DNA from: a virus
Taxonomy: Duplodnaviria > Heunggongvirae > Uroviricota > Caudoviricetes
DNA: 22,618 nucleotides
Reading direction: 5' to 3' (one strand)
IMG/VR virus record: IMGVR_UViG_2700989162_000004
Location: 1 to 22,618 of that record
This document shows positions 9,032-17,087 of this stretch, piece after piece (positions within the stretch are counted from its first letter, which is position 1; the number at the start of each line of letters is the position of its first letter). The position numbers and the translations under genes are program-made. The notes beneath the pieces were generated by a model. That model searched no databases and had not been told where the DNA came from. It saw only the letters and a list, made by a program, of their open reading frames with translations.

Positions 9032-9469
9032 TCATCGAAGGCATTGCGTCCTGATGTACTCCTGCAGGTAGTTAACCTGCGCGGTTATCCTGTCGATTCC
9101 GCTTCGTAGACGGTAATAATTGAGTTCAGCATCTGCTGTAAGTCTTGGGCTTTCTCCATCGCCCATGCTGCTGGCTCCGGTCGTTGACTTTGCACAGGTG
9201 GCGGCGACTTGCAGGCGCTTACGCCCAGCAGAAACATCAGCACGGAGACTTTCGATAGTCGCGTTAGCATCAGCAAGCTCCTTTGTATATCTGGCATCGA
9301 GTTCTGCTACATCACGTTGACGCTTCTGCATGTCAGCAATTGTGGATGCGGCCTTATCGCGCTGCTCTTTGTAGGCGATGGCGTTATCACGGTAGTGATT
9401 AACAGCCCATGACAGGCAAACGATGATGCAGATAACCAGAGCGGAGATAATCGCGGTTACTTTGCTCAT
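9032..9469 (-). CDS. Rz: Spanin, inner-membrane subunit Rz
   Basis: 145-aa [33 protein letters not shown]... close to lambda Rz from memory; N-terminal transmembrane segment; follows the R endolysin. Confidence 0.9.
   Translation of the reverse strand: MSKVTAIISALVICIIVCLSWAVNHYRDNAIAYKEQRDKAASTIADMQKRQRDVAELDARYTKELADANATIESLRADVSAGRKRLQVAATCAKSTTGASSMGDGESPRLTADAELNYYRLRSGIDRITAQVNYLQEYIRTQCLR
9085..9270 (-). CDS. Rz1: Spanin, outer-membrane lipoprotein Rz1, embedded in Rz in the +1 frame
   Basis: Embedded ORF; from the internal Met reads [20 protein letters not shown] with a lipobox LLGVSAC and a proline-rich mature part; start codon choice is uncertain. Confidence 0.7.
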   Translation of the reverse strand: MLTRLSKVSVLMFLLGVSACKSPPPVQSQRPEPAAWAMEKAQDLQQMLNSIITVYEAESTG

Positions 9470-9942
9470 ACCTCAATCTCTCTGACCGTTCCGCCTGCCT
9501 CTTTGAATTTTGCAATCAGGCTGTCAGCCTTATGCTCGAACTGACCATAACCAGCGCCAGGCAGTGAAGCCCAGATATTGCTGCAACGGTCGATAGCCTG
9601 ACGAATATCACCGCGATCAATCATCGGTAAAGCGCCACGCTCTTTAATCTGTTGCAGTGCCACAGCGTCCTGGCTTTTCGGAGAGAAGTCTTTCAGGCCA
9701 AGCTGCTTACGGTAGGCATCCCACCAACGGGAAAGAAGCTGGTAGCGTCCGGCGGCTGTTGATTTGAGTTTCGGATTTAGCGTGACAAGTTTGCGAGGGT
9801 GATCAGAGTAATCAGTGAATAGCTCTCCGCCAACAATGACGTCATAACCATGATTTCTGGTTTTTTGACGTCCGTTATCAGTTCCCTCTGACCACGCCAG
9901 CATATCGAGGAACGCCTTACGTTGATTATTGATTTCCACCAT
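9466..9942 (-). CDS. R: Endolysin, lambda R-type lytic transglycosylase
   Basis: 158-aa [27 protein letters not shown]... close to lambda R from memory; start overlaps the holin stop. Confidence 0.9.
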   Translation of the reverse strand: MVEINNQRKAFLDMLAWSEGTDNGRQKTRNHGYDVIVGGELFTDYSDHPRKLVTLNPKLKSTAAGRYQLLSRWWDAYRKQLGLKDFSPKSQDAVALQQIKERGALPMIDRGDIRQAIDRCSNIWASLPGAGYGQFEHKADSLIAKFKEAGGTVREIEV

Positions 9943-10249
9943 CTTCTACTCCGGCTTTTTTAGCAGCGAAGCGTTTGATAAGCGAACCAATCGAGTCAGT
10001 ACCGATGTAGCCGATAAACACGCTCGTTATATAAGCGAGATTGCTACTTAGTCCGGCGAAGTCGAGAAGGTCACGAATGAACCAGGCGATAATGGCGCAC
10101 ATCGTTGCGTCGATTACTGTTTTTGTAAACGCACCGCCATTATATCTGCCGCGAAGGTACGCCATTGCAAACGCAAGGATTGCCCCGATGCCTTGTTCCT
10201 TTGCCGCGAGAATGGCGGCTAACAGGTCATTTTTTTCTGGCATCTTCAT
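9926..10249 (-). CDS. S: Holin, lambda S-type, with dual-start MKM motif
   Basis: 107-aa [42 protein letters not shown]..., nearly identical to lambda S as I recall it. Confidence 0.9.
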   Translation of the reverse strand: MKMPEKNDLLAAILAAKEQGIGAILAFAMAYLRGRYNGGAFTKTVIDATMCAIIAWFIRDLLDFAGLSSNLAYITSVFIGYIGTDSIGSLIKRFAAKKAGVEDGGNQ

Positions 10250-10374
10250 GTCTTACCCCCAATAAGGGGATTTGCTCTATTTAATTAGGAATATGGTCGG
10301 TTACTGATAGAACAAATCCAGGCTACTGTGTTGAGTAATCAGATTTGTTCGTGACCGATATGCACGGGCAAAAC

Positions 10375-10404
10375 GGCAGGAGGTTGTTAGCGCGACCTCC
10401 TGCC
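10375..10404 (-). terminator. Strong hairpin between the tRNAs and the holin; possible tR'-like element
   Basis: Perfect 10-bp stem GGCAGGAGGT / ACCTCCTGCC with a 10-nt loop; on the minus strand followed by GTTTTGCCC, so the U-tract is short. Confidence 0.35.
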
Positions 10405-10491
10405 ACCCACTTTCACGAAGGTCATGTGTAGAAGGCCGCAGCGTAACTATCACTGATGAATTCAGGATAGCCAGTGGCTACGGCTCAGTTA

Positions 10492-10567
10492 TGGTGCTGG
10501 TTAACGGACTTGAACCGCTACCCATTCGCTTACAAGGCGACTGCTCTACCATTGGAGCTAAACCAGC
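10492..10567 (-). tRNA. tRNA-Thr (anticodon UGU), CCA encoded
   Basis: Minus strand GCTGGTT...GCTC-CAATGGTA-GAGC...loop CTTGTAA...GGTTCAAGTCC...AACCAGC-A-CCA; 7-bp acceptor stem, T-loop signature, anticodon loop CUUGUAA; one A-G mismatch in the anticodon stem. Confidence 0.7.
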
Positions 10568-10572
10568 ATGTT

Positions 10573-10647
10573 TGGCGGGACAGCGTGGACTCGAACCACG
10601 ATAAGAAGGTTAACAGCCTTCCGTAATGACCTTTATACGACTGACCC
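10573..10647 (-). tRNA. tRNA-Asn (anticodon GUU), CCA encoded
   Basis: Minus strand GGGTCAG...anticodon arm GAAGG-CTGTTAA-CCTTC...T-arm CGTGG-TTCGAGT-CCACG...CTGTCCC-G-CCA; one T-T mismatch in the acceptor stem and a weak D-stem. Confidence 0.65.
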
Positions 10648-10710
10648 AAATAAAAAAAGCCACCGTTGCAACTTAAGAGTCACTAACGGCAGCTTACCCT
10701 CTAATTATGG
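10648..10710 (-). promoter_or_regulatory. Probable late promoter / Q-utilisation region (pR'-like)
   Basis: 63-bp gap between the Q stop and the first tRNA; ends in an imperfect stem followed by TTTTTTT; assigned by position only, no clean -35/-10 identified. Confidence 0.3.
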
Positions 10711-11229
10711 CTAAATGGCTAATTGCATGTCAAGGCTTTTAACGGCAACATGCTTAACTTTCTCAACACGTTTACGCATTTTGAAAGCATTTTGCATTGG
10801 TTGGTACAAAACAAATAACGACGCTTTCAGGATGTCGTCAATTTCATTTCTACAGGTTGCCAGTGAAGGTTTTCTCCATCCCTCACCACCACGCCCACAC
10901 ATCTTGCGTGGCTTTGCAGTCGCGTGATAGTAGGATGCAATTGCTCGCTTAGATGAACCATGAGCGTAGTAGCTGAGGAGGATGCCAAAGGCTTTCTTGT
11001 CAATGTACATGACGGAATCGACGACCTGAGAAATCAACATTCCATCATCATCATTACACATTGGCCTTGTCATAACTCTTCCCGGCTCTACGCTCTCCAT
11101 GAACTTCGCTATTACGCTGCTCATGCGCTTTTCCAGGCGACCTGAGTAAACCCATGCACCCCACAGTTCAAGCCAGCCATTCAGCCAATCGTGCTGTTCT
11201 TTGGTGAGGTTTAGTTCTCTTATGCTCAT
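10711..11229 (-). CDS. Q: Late-gene antiterminator Q (not lambda Q-type)
   Basis: 172-aa ORF directly after ninH and before the late region and lysis genes; several Cys/His; assigned mainly by synteny. Confidence 0.65.
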   Translation of the reverse strand: MSIRELNLTKEQHDWLNGWLELWGAWVYSGRLEKRMSSVIAKFMESVEPGRVMTRPMCNDDDGMLISQVVDSVMYIDKKAFGILLSYYAHGSSKRAIASYYHATAKPRKMCGRGGEGWRKPSLATCRNEIDDILKASLFVLYQPMQNAFKMRKRVEKVKHVAVKSLDMQLAI

Positions 11230-11414
11230 CGTCTTCCCCTCTTGCCCTGTTTGACCATCAGGACGCCGTTAACTATTACGTGACGCTCGCCTTTGCTGTC
11301 TCGGTTGTACTTGAGCACTGTTCCTCTTGCGCAGGAAAGCATCCTCGCCACTTCGGTCTGATTTCCTCGTGTCTGGATAAGAAGCTCTGGTATCGTTTGA
11401 ATTGTGGCGTTCAT
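11226..11414 (-). CDS. ninH: NinH-like protein
   Basis: 62-aa ORF with ...TIPELLIQTRGNQTEVARMLSCARGTV..., resembling lambda NinH (GNQTEVARRLKCSRGTV) from memory. Confidence 0.8.
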   Translation of the reverse strand: MNATIQTIPELLIQTRGNQTEVARMLSCARGTVLKYNRDSKGERHVIVNGVLMVKQGKRGRR

Positions 11415-11773
11415 ACGTTCTCCAGTTCGGTGATTTTTATTCCAAGCCGTCCGCCTGGTACTTTCACACCACGAATTACGCGAATGTCATCGAATTGCTC
11501 GTCGTCTTCCGCAAATCCGGCGTGGATAAGGGAATCGAGTAAACCTTTCAGGATGTTATCGAGGTCGCGGCGGCGGGAGTCTGGAACGTCTGCGATGACT
11601 TTGATGCGGAGTCGTGATTTGGTGAAAATGTCTAACTTGAGTTGGCGGATGATTTTCTGAACGTCTTTTCGGTATTTCTGGCCTTTATCGCTGATGTAGT
11701 ATTGGCTTCCCCGTCTTCGCCAGTAGGTGTTCACCGACGGCGGGTATGGAAGCACAAACTGATATTCGTTCAT
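11411..11773 (-). CDS. rusA: Holliday junction resolvase RusA
   Basis: 120-aa ORF with DxRRRDLDN and GFxxDDxQ motifs that I recognise from RusA; same length as E. coli RusA. Confidence 0.9.
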   Translation of the reverse strand: MNEYQFVLPYPPSVNTYWRRRGSQYYISDKGQKYRKDVQKIIRQLKLDIFTKSRLRIKVIADVPDSRRRDLDNILKGLLDSLIHAGFAEDDEQFDDIRVIRGVKVPGGRLGIKITELENV

Positions 11774-12060
11774 GGCTTAATCTTCCCCTCCTTCAGCAGT
11801 ATCGCCTGCGTCCTGATCACGCCTTCGAGGTGGTAAAGTCTGGCGTCTTTGTTGTCGAGATTATGGGTGCGTCGGTCGATTTCATCGTGACACGCGCTAC
11901 AAGCCCATGCGCCGATCAGGTCGTCAGGCTTCATTCCCGTTCCGCAAATTCCAGCCATCCGGTAATGTGCCAGAACTGTAGTTTCAGGATTGCCATTGCA
12001 TACGCCGTAAATACGCACCTGACATTCTCTTCCGCGCGCTTCTTTGCGTAGATTAGCCAT
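11770..12060 (-). CDS. ybcO: YbcO-like (DUF1364) putative nuclease
   Basis: From the internal Met: MANLRKEARGRECQVRIYGVCNGNPETTVLAHYRMAG...CSACHDEIDRR, resembling DLP12 YbcO from memory; 96 aa from this start; the ORF-track start at 12180 is probably too far upstream. Confidence 0.75.
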   Translation of the reverse strand: MANLRKEARGRECQVRIYGVCNGNPETTVLAHYRMAGICGTGMKPDDLIGAWACSACHDEIDRRTHNLDNKDARLYHLEGVIRTQAILLKEGKIKP

Positions 12061-12358
12061 TTGCCAGCTCCTTCTGTTGCTCATCTTCGTGAGAGAAGTC
12101 TTCTCCGTCGATTGGCATGAGTTCATCACTGTAAAAATAAGAGAAACCACCTGAAGGCTCGTTTGTATAAATCGATACATCGCCTTTAACTAGCCACCCA
12201 GGGGTGTCATCACGCCAACTATGCTTACCTGCACCAGGAAAATTAAATACATATCCGTTTGTTACTTTTTCGATTAACTCAACGCATCTGCCAATTTCGG
12301 GTTTGTTTTCTGAAAAAATGACTATTGCGATGCCACCTGCGCGTAACTCACTCATCAT
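12053..12358 (-). CDS. Hypothetical protein in the nin region, at the position usually held by ninG
   Basis: 101-aa ORF starting MMSEL, start overlapping the ninF stop; acidic C-terminus; no motif I recognise. Confidence 0.55.
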   Translation of the reverse strand: MMSELRAGGIAIVIFSENKPEIGRCVELIEKVTNGYVFNFPGAGKHSWRDDTPGWLVKGDVSIYTNEPSGGFSYFYSDELMPIDGEDFSHEDEQQKELANG

Positions 12359-12521
12359 CTTCCTCCAGCATTTGTCCGTTAGGGTCTGCCATTAACTCTG
12401 CGCAGCAGTGCTCACACACGTGAACTTCCAGCACATGCAGCTTCTGACCGCAGTTAGCGCACGTTAAAGCTCGCTCGACGCTTTCTTTCTGGTATTGAAG
12501 GGATTGGGATGGGCTAAGCAT
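12348..12521 (-). CDS. ninF: NinF (absent from the supplied ORF track, below its length cutoff)
   Basis: Manual minus-strand translation: [57 protein letters not shown] (57 aa), matching lambda NinF as I recall it. Confidence 0.8.
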   Translation of the reverse strand: MLSPSQSLQYQKESVERALTCANCGQKLHVLEVHVCEHCCAELMADPNGQMLEEDDE

Positions 12522-12886
12522 TATTGGATTCTCTGCATCATGAGAAAGACAATCATGGCGGCGCGAAGGGGATTTTCATGTATAGCTCGCTTAGATTTAC
12601 GGTAGGTCACACCGCGTGCACCCCACTCGTCTTCATCGAGATTGATAATGCTAATCCTGTATTTTTCAATAATCGGCCATGCGTCTGCTGGGTTTGCGCA
12701 TGGGTTAAAGGATCCGCGCTCAACCTCTACTTCAACTGCGTCTCCGTTTACAATGTCTCCCTCAAATGAGATAAACACCATCGCGCCATTCTTACCTTCT
12801 TTGTAATCCGGTGATCCGTTATGAATGGCTTCGAATACCGCCACGTTAATTTCAAAATCACTTAACTGTGAATAATCCATTGTCAT
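12521..12886 (-). CDS. nin-region protein, possibly NinX-like
   Basis: Probable start at the Met of MTMDYSQL..., which overlaps the ninE stop (ATGA); the ORF-track start at 12922 is probably too far upstream; identity by position only. Confidence 0.5.
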   Translation of the reverse strand: MTMDYSQLSDFEINVAVFEAIHNGSPDYKEGKNGAMVFISFEGDIVNGDAVEVEVERGSFNPCANPADAWPIIEKYRISIINLDEDEWGARGVTYRKSKRAIHENPLRAAMIVFLMMQRIQ

Positions 12887-13059
12887 TTCCTCGCACGATT
12901 TCTTAGCCACCGGATATCCCACAGGTGAGCCGTGTAGTTGAAGGTTTTTACGTCAGATTCTTTTGGGATTGGCTTGCGTTTATTTCTGGAGCGCTTCGTT
13001 GGAAGGTATTTGCAGTTTTCGCAGATTATGTCGGTGATACTTCGTCGCTGTCTCGCCAC
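12883..13059 (-). CDS. ninE: NinE (in a frame not listed in the ORF track)
   Basis: Manual translation from a GTG start preceded by AAGGAGG: (M)[57 protein letters not shown], matching lambda NinE from memory. Confidence 0.75.
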   Translation of the reverse strand: MARQRRSITDIICENCKYLPTKRSRNKRKPIPKESDVKTFNYTAHLWDIRWLRNRARK

Positions 13060-13199
13060 ACGTCCTCCTTTTCCTGCGGTAGTGGTAACACCCCTGTTGG
13101 TGTTCTTTCACACCGGAGACACCATCGATTCCAGTAAGGTTGATTTGGTCGGAAGCGGTTATCTTCTTTGCATTCACCGCACCGATAACATCGCATCAT
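13026..13199 (-). CDS. ninD: NinD
   Basis: From the internal Met: [34 protein letters not shown]... (57 aa), Cys-rich zinc-ribbon-like; start overlaps the ninB stop. Confidence 0.75.
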   Translation of the reverse strand: MMRCYRCGECKEDNRFRPNQPYWNRWCLRCERTPTGVLPLPQEKEDVWRDSDEVSPT

Positions 13200-13636
13200 G
13201 CTGCCCTGTCTCCCCATCTTGCTTTCCACTCCAGAGCCAGTCGCGCTTCGTCTGACCACTTAACGCCACGCTCTGTACCGAATGCCTGTATAAGCTCTAA
13301 TAACTCCGCAAATTCGCTTACACGCATCCTGCTGGTTGACTGGCCTATTACCACAAAGCCATTCCCGGCAAGGTTAGGAACAACGTCCTGCTGCTTTAAT
13401 GCTGCGGTAAACACACACTTCCAGCTTTCTGCATCCAGCCAGCGACCATGCCATTCAACCTGACGAGAGACGTCACCAAGGCAAGCCCAAAGCTTCCGAT
13501 TCTGGTCTAAGCTGCGGTTGCGCTCCTGAATGATCACTACGATTGGCTTGGTTGGGTCTGGAAGGATTTGCTGTACTGCGTGAATAGCGTTTTGCTGATG
13601 TGCTGGAGATCGAATTTCAAAGGTTAGTTTTTTCAT
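13196..13636 (-). CDS. ninB: NinB (Orf-family recombination mediator)
   Basis: 146-aa [37 protein letters not shown]..., essentially lambda NinB as I recall it. Confidence 0.9.
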   Translation of the reverse strand: MKKLTFEIRSPAHQQNAIHAVQQILPDPTKPIVVIIQERNRSLDQNRKLWACLGDVSRQVEWHGRWLDAESWKCVFTAALKQQDVVPNLAGNGFVVIGQSTSRMRVSEFAELLELIQAFGTERGVKWSDEARLALEWKARWGDRAA

Positions 13637-13829
13637 GACTCCCCTCTCTAACAGATTTCAGGTTATTCCACTCCGTTACCGCACTGCGATAATTCGCGGC
13701 CGCCACAGCGGCATGGTTAGCGCAGTAGATTTGGCACCCGTTCTCCATGTCGAATATTGTCGGTGATTTTCCGCATTTACATTTTTTGGCATGCGGTGCG
13801 TCTGAACACATTCCGTTAACGGTGTCCAT
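13617..13829 (-). CDS. Small Cys-rich hypothetical protein
   Basis: 70-aa ORF with CKCGK...GCQIYC cysteine spacing; lies between the helicase terminator and ninB. Confidence 0.45.
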   Translation of the reverse strand: MDTVNGMCSDAPHAKKCKCGKSPTIFDMENGCQIYCANHAAVAAANYRSAVTEWNNLKSVREGSHEKTNL

Positions 13830-13856
13830 CAGAAGCCCCCTCGTTCTTAATCCAAT

Positions 13857-13883
13857 AAAAAAGGGCTACTGTGTAAATAGCCC
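13857..13883 (-). terminator. Intrinsic terminator after the helicase gene (tR2-like position)
   Basis: Minus strand GGGCTA-(9 nt)-TAGCCC followed by TTTTTTATTGG. Confidence 0.6.
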
Positions 13884-13912
13884 CTGTTATTATCTCAGTG
13901 ATGTAGATGTCA

Positions 13913-15364
13913 TCAGAATCCTCCTTTCTTCTTGGACTGCGGTTCCTCGCGTTCACGGCGGCGCATTTCAGCAGACTGTTGGTCTGTGTCATAAATAGCG
14001 CCATTTGCCTGAATGCAATACACCGTGCCGGTATTGCCATGACGATTGAGACGAAGGATTAGTTCAGTTTCACCAGGTGGAACACTGTCATCAAAAGCGC
14101 CTTCACGATGGATCCCGACCCAATAATCGCAATCCTGTTCAATCTGCCCTGTATCTCGTGAGTCACTTGGTAATGGGCGTTTATTGGTTCGGCTTTCCAG
14201 TGCGCGGTTAAGCTGTGTCAGAAGCACAACAACGCAATCAAGCTCTTTGGCAAGGTTCTTCAGTCCTTTGGTGATCATACCGTAAGCAAGGTCGTTGCGA
14301 TCGGCCTTCTCAGCGGTCATTAGTGTCAGGTAATCGACCAGAATCATGCCAACACATCCTTTTTCTCGCTTGATTCGACGGCTTTCGCTGACGATTTGAG
14401 CCAGAGATAATCCCGGCGTGTCGTCGATGTAAAGCATGTCGATTTCACTCAAGCGATTTGCTGTTTCTATCGCCCTGTTGAAGTCACCATCGTAATCACC
14501 CTGATAGCCGTCATCAGCGTCATTTGTCGCCGGAAGGTAAAAAATATTCGGGTTAACACCTGACTTCTGTCCTACCAGCTTTTCCAGTATCTGGTCGCCT
14601 GGCATTTCAAGACTGAACATCAGAGCGGGCTTTTTCTCATGCACTGCGCAGTTGATTGCCATCTGGCTGTATAGCGTCGTTTTCCCCATCTTAGGGCGAG
14701 CGCCAATGACGAACAGAGAGCCTTTCACCAGACCTTTCGGTGACAGCATCCTGTCCAGAGATGGGATCCCTGTGCTCATTCCTCGTTGTTCGCCTGACGG
14801 GTCAAATCGCTTCTCAAGGTCGCTAACCCAGTCTTCCATGACCTCACCAAATGAGCGAAGGCCGCGACGCGATCCGGTTTTTGCATGGTCTGTCAGTTGC
14901 GTGAAAATCGCCTGAATAGCTTCGTACTTCTGCGTTGCAGTCATTCCGTTGCGGGAATAGAGCAATTCCGTCGCTTCAGTCATGCGGTTTATGGCGTAGC
15001 GTTCCATTGCGGTTTCGCGAACCTGCATTGCATAGGCAACGATGTTTGCGGCGCTCGGCGTGTTCTTTGCGATCTCAGCGATATAAGCAAAACCGCCAAC
15101 AGACGCCGTTAACGATTTACGCTCCAGTTCATCGAAAAGCGTCAGGCCATCTACTGGCTTTTGCTCCCGGTGCATTCTGGTTATTTCTTCGAAAAGGATT
15201 TTGTGTGGTCGGCTGTAAAATGAATCGGGCTTCAGCATCGCCAGAACTTTCTGGACGCGCTCACTGCTGTCATCATCCAGAAGCAATCCACCAATCACCG
15301 CCTGCTCTGCCTCGATGCTATGGGGCGGCGCATAAAAATTATCGGTCATCGTGTTCACCCTCAC
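13913..15364 (-). CDS. Replicative DNA helicase, DnaB family
   Basis: 483-aa ORF with Walker A GARPKMGKT, Walker B ...ILVDYL and DnaB-like N-terminal SIEAEQAVIGGLL; the true start may be the Met 5 codons in (15349). Confidence 0.9.
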   Translation of the reverse strand: MRVNTMTDNFYAPPHSIEAEQAVIGGLLLDDDSSERVQKVLAMLKPDSFYSRPHKILFEEITRMHREQKPVDGLTLFDELERKSLTASVGGFAYIAEIAKNTPSAANIVAYAMQVRETAMERYAINRMTEATELLYSRNGMTATQKYEAIQAIFTQLTDHAKTGSRRGLRSFGEVMEDWVSDLEKRFDPSGEQRGMSTGIPSLDRMLSPKGLVKGSLFVIGARPKMGKTTLYSQMAINCAVHEKKPALMFSLEMPGDQILEKLVGQKSGVNPNIFYLPATNDADDGYQGDYDGDFNRAIETANRLSEIDMLYIDDTPGLSLAQIVSESRRIKREKGCVGMILVDYLTLMTAEKADRNDLAYGMITKGLKNLAKELDCVVVLLTQLNRALESRTNKRPLPSDSRDTGQIEQDCDYWVGIHREGAFDDSVPPGETELILRLNRHGNTGTVYCIQANGAIYDTDQQSAEMRRREREEPQSKKKGGF

Positions 15365-16238
15365 GAACTTTCAGGTAGGTATTATCGTTAAGCAGGAAAT
15401 CAAATCCCTTTTTGTGCCAGACGGTTCCGCGTTGATGGTTTGGGCGCTCTTCGAACATCCATCGGCAATTTTCGCCAACGTAGCTCAAATAATTTCTCCA
15501 GTCCTGCATCGTGAACCCATGCCCGTCAAGCTGGCGGGTTATCACTCCGGCTTTGCGCCAGAACGTTCGGATCTGGTTTTTACGCTTGTCATTCAGTGCG
15601 CGGATTCTTGGAGCTTCAGGAAGGATTTCGTGGTAAGCATCGACAACATCCTGACAGCTGACGGAAGGTTTTTTCTTGTCAGACTTTTTGTCTGCTGTGG
15701 CACTCTCTAATACGTCAGTATTAGAGATAATATTATTATATTCTTTATCTGTGGTAATTTGCTGGTAATCTGCTGGTACAGCATTGCTTACAGGCATTGG
15801 TATTGCTGGCTTTGAGGTGGTAATTTGCTGGTAATCTGCTGGTACAAAATTTGACTGATAATCGTCATATTTCTCTACTGAGAAAACTGAGAATTTACCG
15901 TGTGAAACCCAGTCAATCATGCCGAGTTTTTTGAACTTTCTAAGCAGGTACTGAACGCGATCTGGTTTGAGTCCTGTTTCAAACGCCAGAGAGTTTCTAC
16001 CGCCAAGTAGCTTCCCTCTGCCTACCAGAATTTCTCCTGCGTCAGTCATTACATACTCAGGCGTATGCTTTGCTTTGAGGATTAAGTGAACCCACAGATG
16101 CGCTGCTTCTGCATCCTTGTAAAACGGCACATCCATAATTTTACGGTGCAGCAAGGCATACCCCTTACCGCTGCTTTGATGCGGTTGTTGTAGCCTTCTG
16201 GCCTCTCTGGCTTCGGCTAGATTAGATATGTTACTCAT
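15339..16238 (-). CDS. Replication initiator, lambda O-like replisome organiser
   Basis: 299-aa ORF directly upstream of the helicase gene; iterons and AT-rich block inside the gene, as for ori-lambda within O; contains the duplicated peptide [10 protein letters not shown]. Confidence 0.7.
   Translation of the reverse strand: MSNISNLAEAREARRLQQPHQSSGKGYALLHRKIMDVPFYKDAEAAHLWVHLILKAKHTPEYVMTDAGEILVGRGKLLGGRNSLAFETGLKPDRVQYLLRKFKKLGMIDWVSHGKFSVFSVEKYDDYQSNFVPADYQQITTSKPAIPMPVSNAVPADYQQITTDKEYNNIISNTDVLESATADKKSDKKKPSVSCQDVVDAYHEILPEAPRIRALNDKRKNQIRTFWRKAGVITRQLDGHGFTMQDWRNYLSYVGENCRWMFEERPNHQRGTVWHKKGFDFLLNDNTYLKVREGEHDDR
15751..15846. repeat. Origin-like iterons inside the initiator gene
   Basis: Two exact 30-bp copies of GTGGTAATTTGCTGGTAATCTGCTGGTACA (15751-15780 and 15817-15846), each holding two overlapping 13-bp units GGTAAT(T/C)TGCTGG; AT-rich block ATAATATTATTATATTCTTTATCT immediately adjacent at 15727-15750. 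Confidence 0.7.
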
Positions 16239-16377
16239 GACCTTTCTCCTTCTGCATCAGCTTCACTTTTTCCAACTCAGCCCGGAATCGACCAGGCTGC
16301 TTGAAGCTGGACAGGAAGCGATCACGTAGTATGTGTTTGTGAATTTTGTCCTGGTAAGGACTGAGTTGTTTTGTCAT
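16231..16377 (-). CDS. Small ORF between cII-like and initiator genes (P22 orf48 position)
   Basis: Manual translation [48 protein letters not shown] (48 aa); stop overlaps the initiator start. Confidence 0.5.
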   Translation of the reverse strand: MTKQLSPYQDKIHKHILRDRFLSSFKQPGRFRAELEKVKLMQKEKGHE

Positions 16378-16409
16378 AATTACTCCTGTGGATTGATCCA
16401 GTAATTCCC

Positions 16410-16706
16410 TCAGAATTGCATATCAATTTGCTTAAAATCCTCGGTGGCGGCCGGGGATTTTTTCTTTGTGATTTCATCAAGCGCATACTTAAAAGCCCTG
16501 CTAATCGGACTGATGTCTGATGCCATTCCGAAAGCACACAAGACCGAAGCAATAAATCTCCAGTCCGTTCTGCTTATCTTCGATTCATGACAGCCAATCA
16601 TCTTTGCCAGACCGCGCTGGGTAAGCGTTGACAGGTTGATGAGTAAATCAGTTTCAGCGCGATCAATTTCTCGCTGTGTTGGCTTGCTGTAGCTTGCTTG
16701 TGCCAT
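16410..16706 (-). CDS. cII: CII-like transcriptional activator (P22 c1 position)
   Basis: 98-aa ORF; helix-turn-helix region ...[18 protein letters not shown]... and KKSPAATE...QIDMQF C-terminus resembling lambda CII from memory. Confidence 0.8.
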   Translation of the reverse strand: MAQASYSKPTQREIDRAETDLLINLSTLTQRGLAKMIGCHESKISRTDWRFIASVLCAFGMASDISPISRAFKYALDEITKKKSPAATEDFKQIDMQF

Positions 16707-16774
16707 TTGTTAATTTTCCTATATTGATATTGAGTTATAGCGGCACACCCAATGGATTTGCCGCTGATGTTTGC

Positions 16775-16814
16775 TCACCCGGTTAGAGGTGAAAGGCCAG
16801 AACTGTTAAAGAGC
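16775..16814 (-). promoter_or_regulatory. nutR: boxA plus boxB hairpin
   Basis: Minus strand boxA TGCTCTTTAACA (16804-16814) followed by a hairpin with CTAACC in the loop (16775-16792); lies between cro and cII-like. Confidence 0.6.
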
Positions 16815-16821
16815 AATTTGC

Positions 16822-17007
16822 TTATGCCGCTTGGCGGTAAGCACTTTCTTGATACTTCAGGGCGCCAGCTGTAACGATTTCCAATCGATAGGCGTCTTTC
16901 TCTGGGATAACTTCTTTCCACTGAGAGACTGCTGCATCGCTAATGCCTAGTGCTTTAGCAACAGCACGCTGGGTTCCGAAGTGGTCAATAACATCTTTTT
17001 TGTACAT
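16822..17007 (-). CDS. cro: Cro repressor, P22-type
   Basis: 61-aa ORF MYKKDVIDHFGTQRAVAKALGISDAAVSQWKE..., essentially P22 Cro as I recall it. Confidence 0.9.
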   Translation of the reverse strand: MYKKDVIDHFGTQRAVAKALGISDAAVSQWKEVIPEKDAYRLEIVTAGALKYQESAYRQAA

Positions 17008-17087
17008 AGACTCGCTCCGAAATTAAAGAACACTTAAATTATCCACCAAAGGAATCTTAAGTCAAGTTTATTTAAGATGTCTTAACT
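17008..17087. promoter_or_regulatory. Divergent OR operator / pR-pRM region
   Basis: 80-bp gap between divergent cro and c2; holds TTAAGA..TCTTAA-type inverted repeats, e.g. ATTTAAGATGTCTTAACT at about 17063-17080. Confidence 0.65.

Noticed and set aside
10260-10491. Possible third tRNA between tRNA-Thr and the holin
   Set aside because: No T-arm signature (GGTTCNANTCC) or acceptor-stem pairing found; the region instead holds a 10-bp-stem hairpin.
12980-13177. 65-aa ORF from the track in the ninD/ninE region
   Set aside because: Wrong frame; the conserved NinE peptide is encoded in a different frame at 12883-13059 from a GTG start.
14935-15378. 147-aa plus-strand ORF opposite the helicase gene
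   Set aside because: Antisense to the DnaB-family helicase, which has clear Walker motifs; the Arg/Ser-rich composition reflects the reverse frame.
16322-16552. 76-aa minus-strand ORF overlapping the cII-like gene
   Set aside because: Alternative frame overlapping the 3' half of the cII-like gene; the better-supported small gene here is the 48-aa ORF at 16231-16377.
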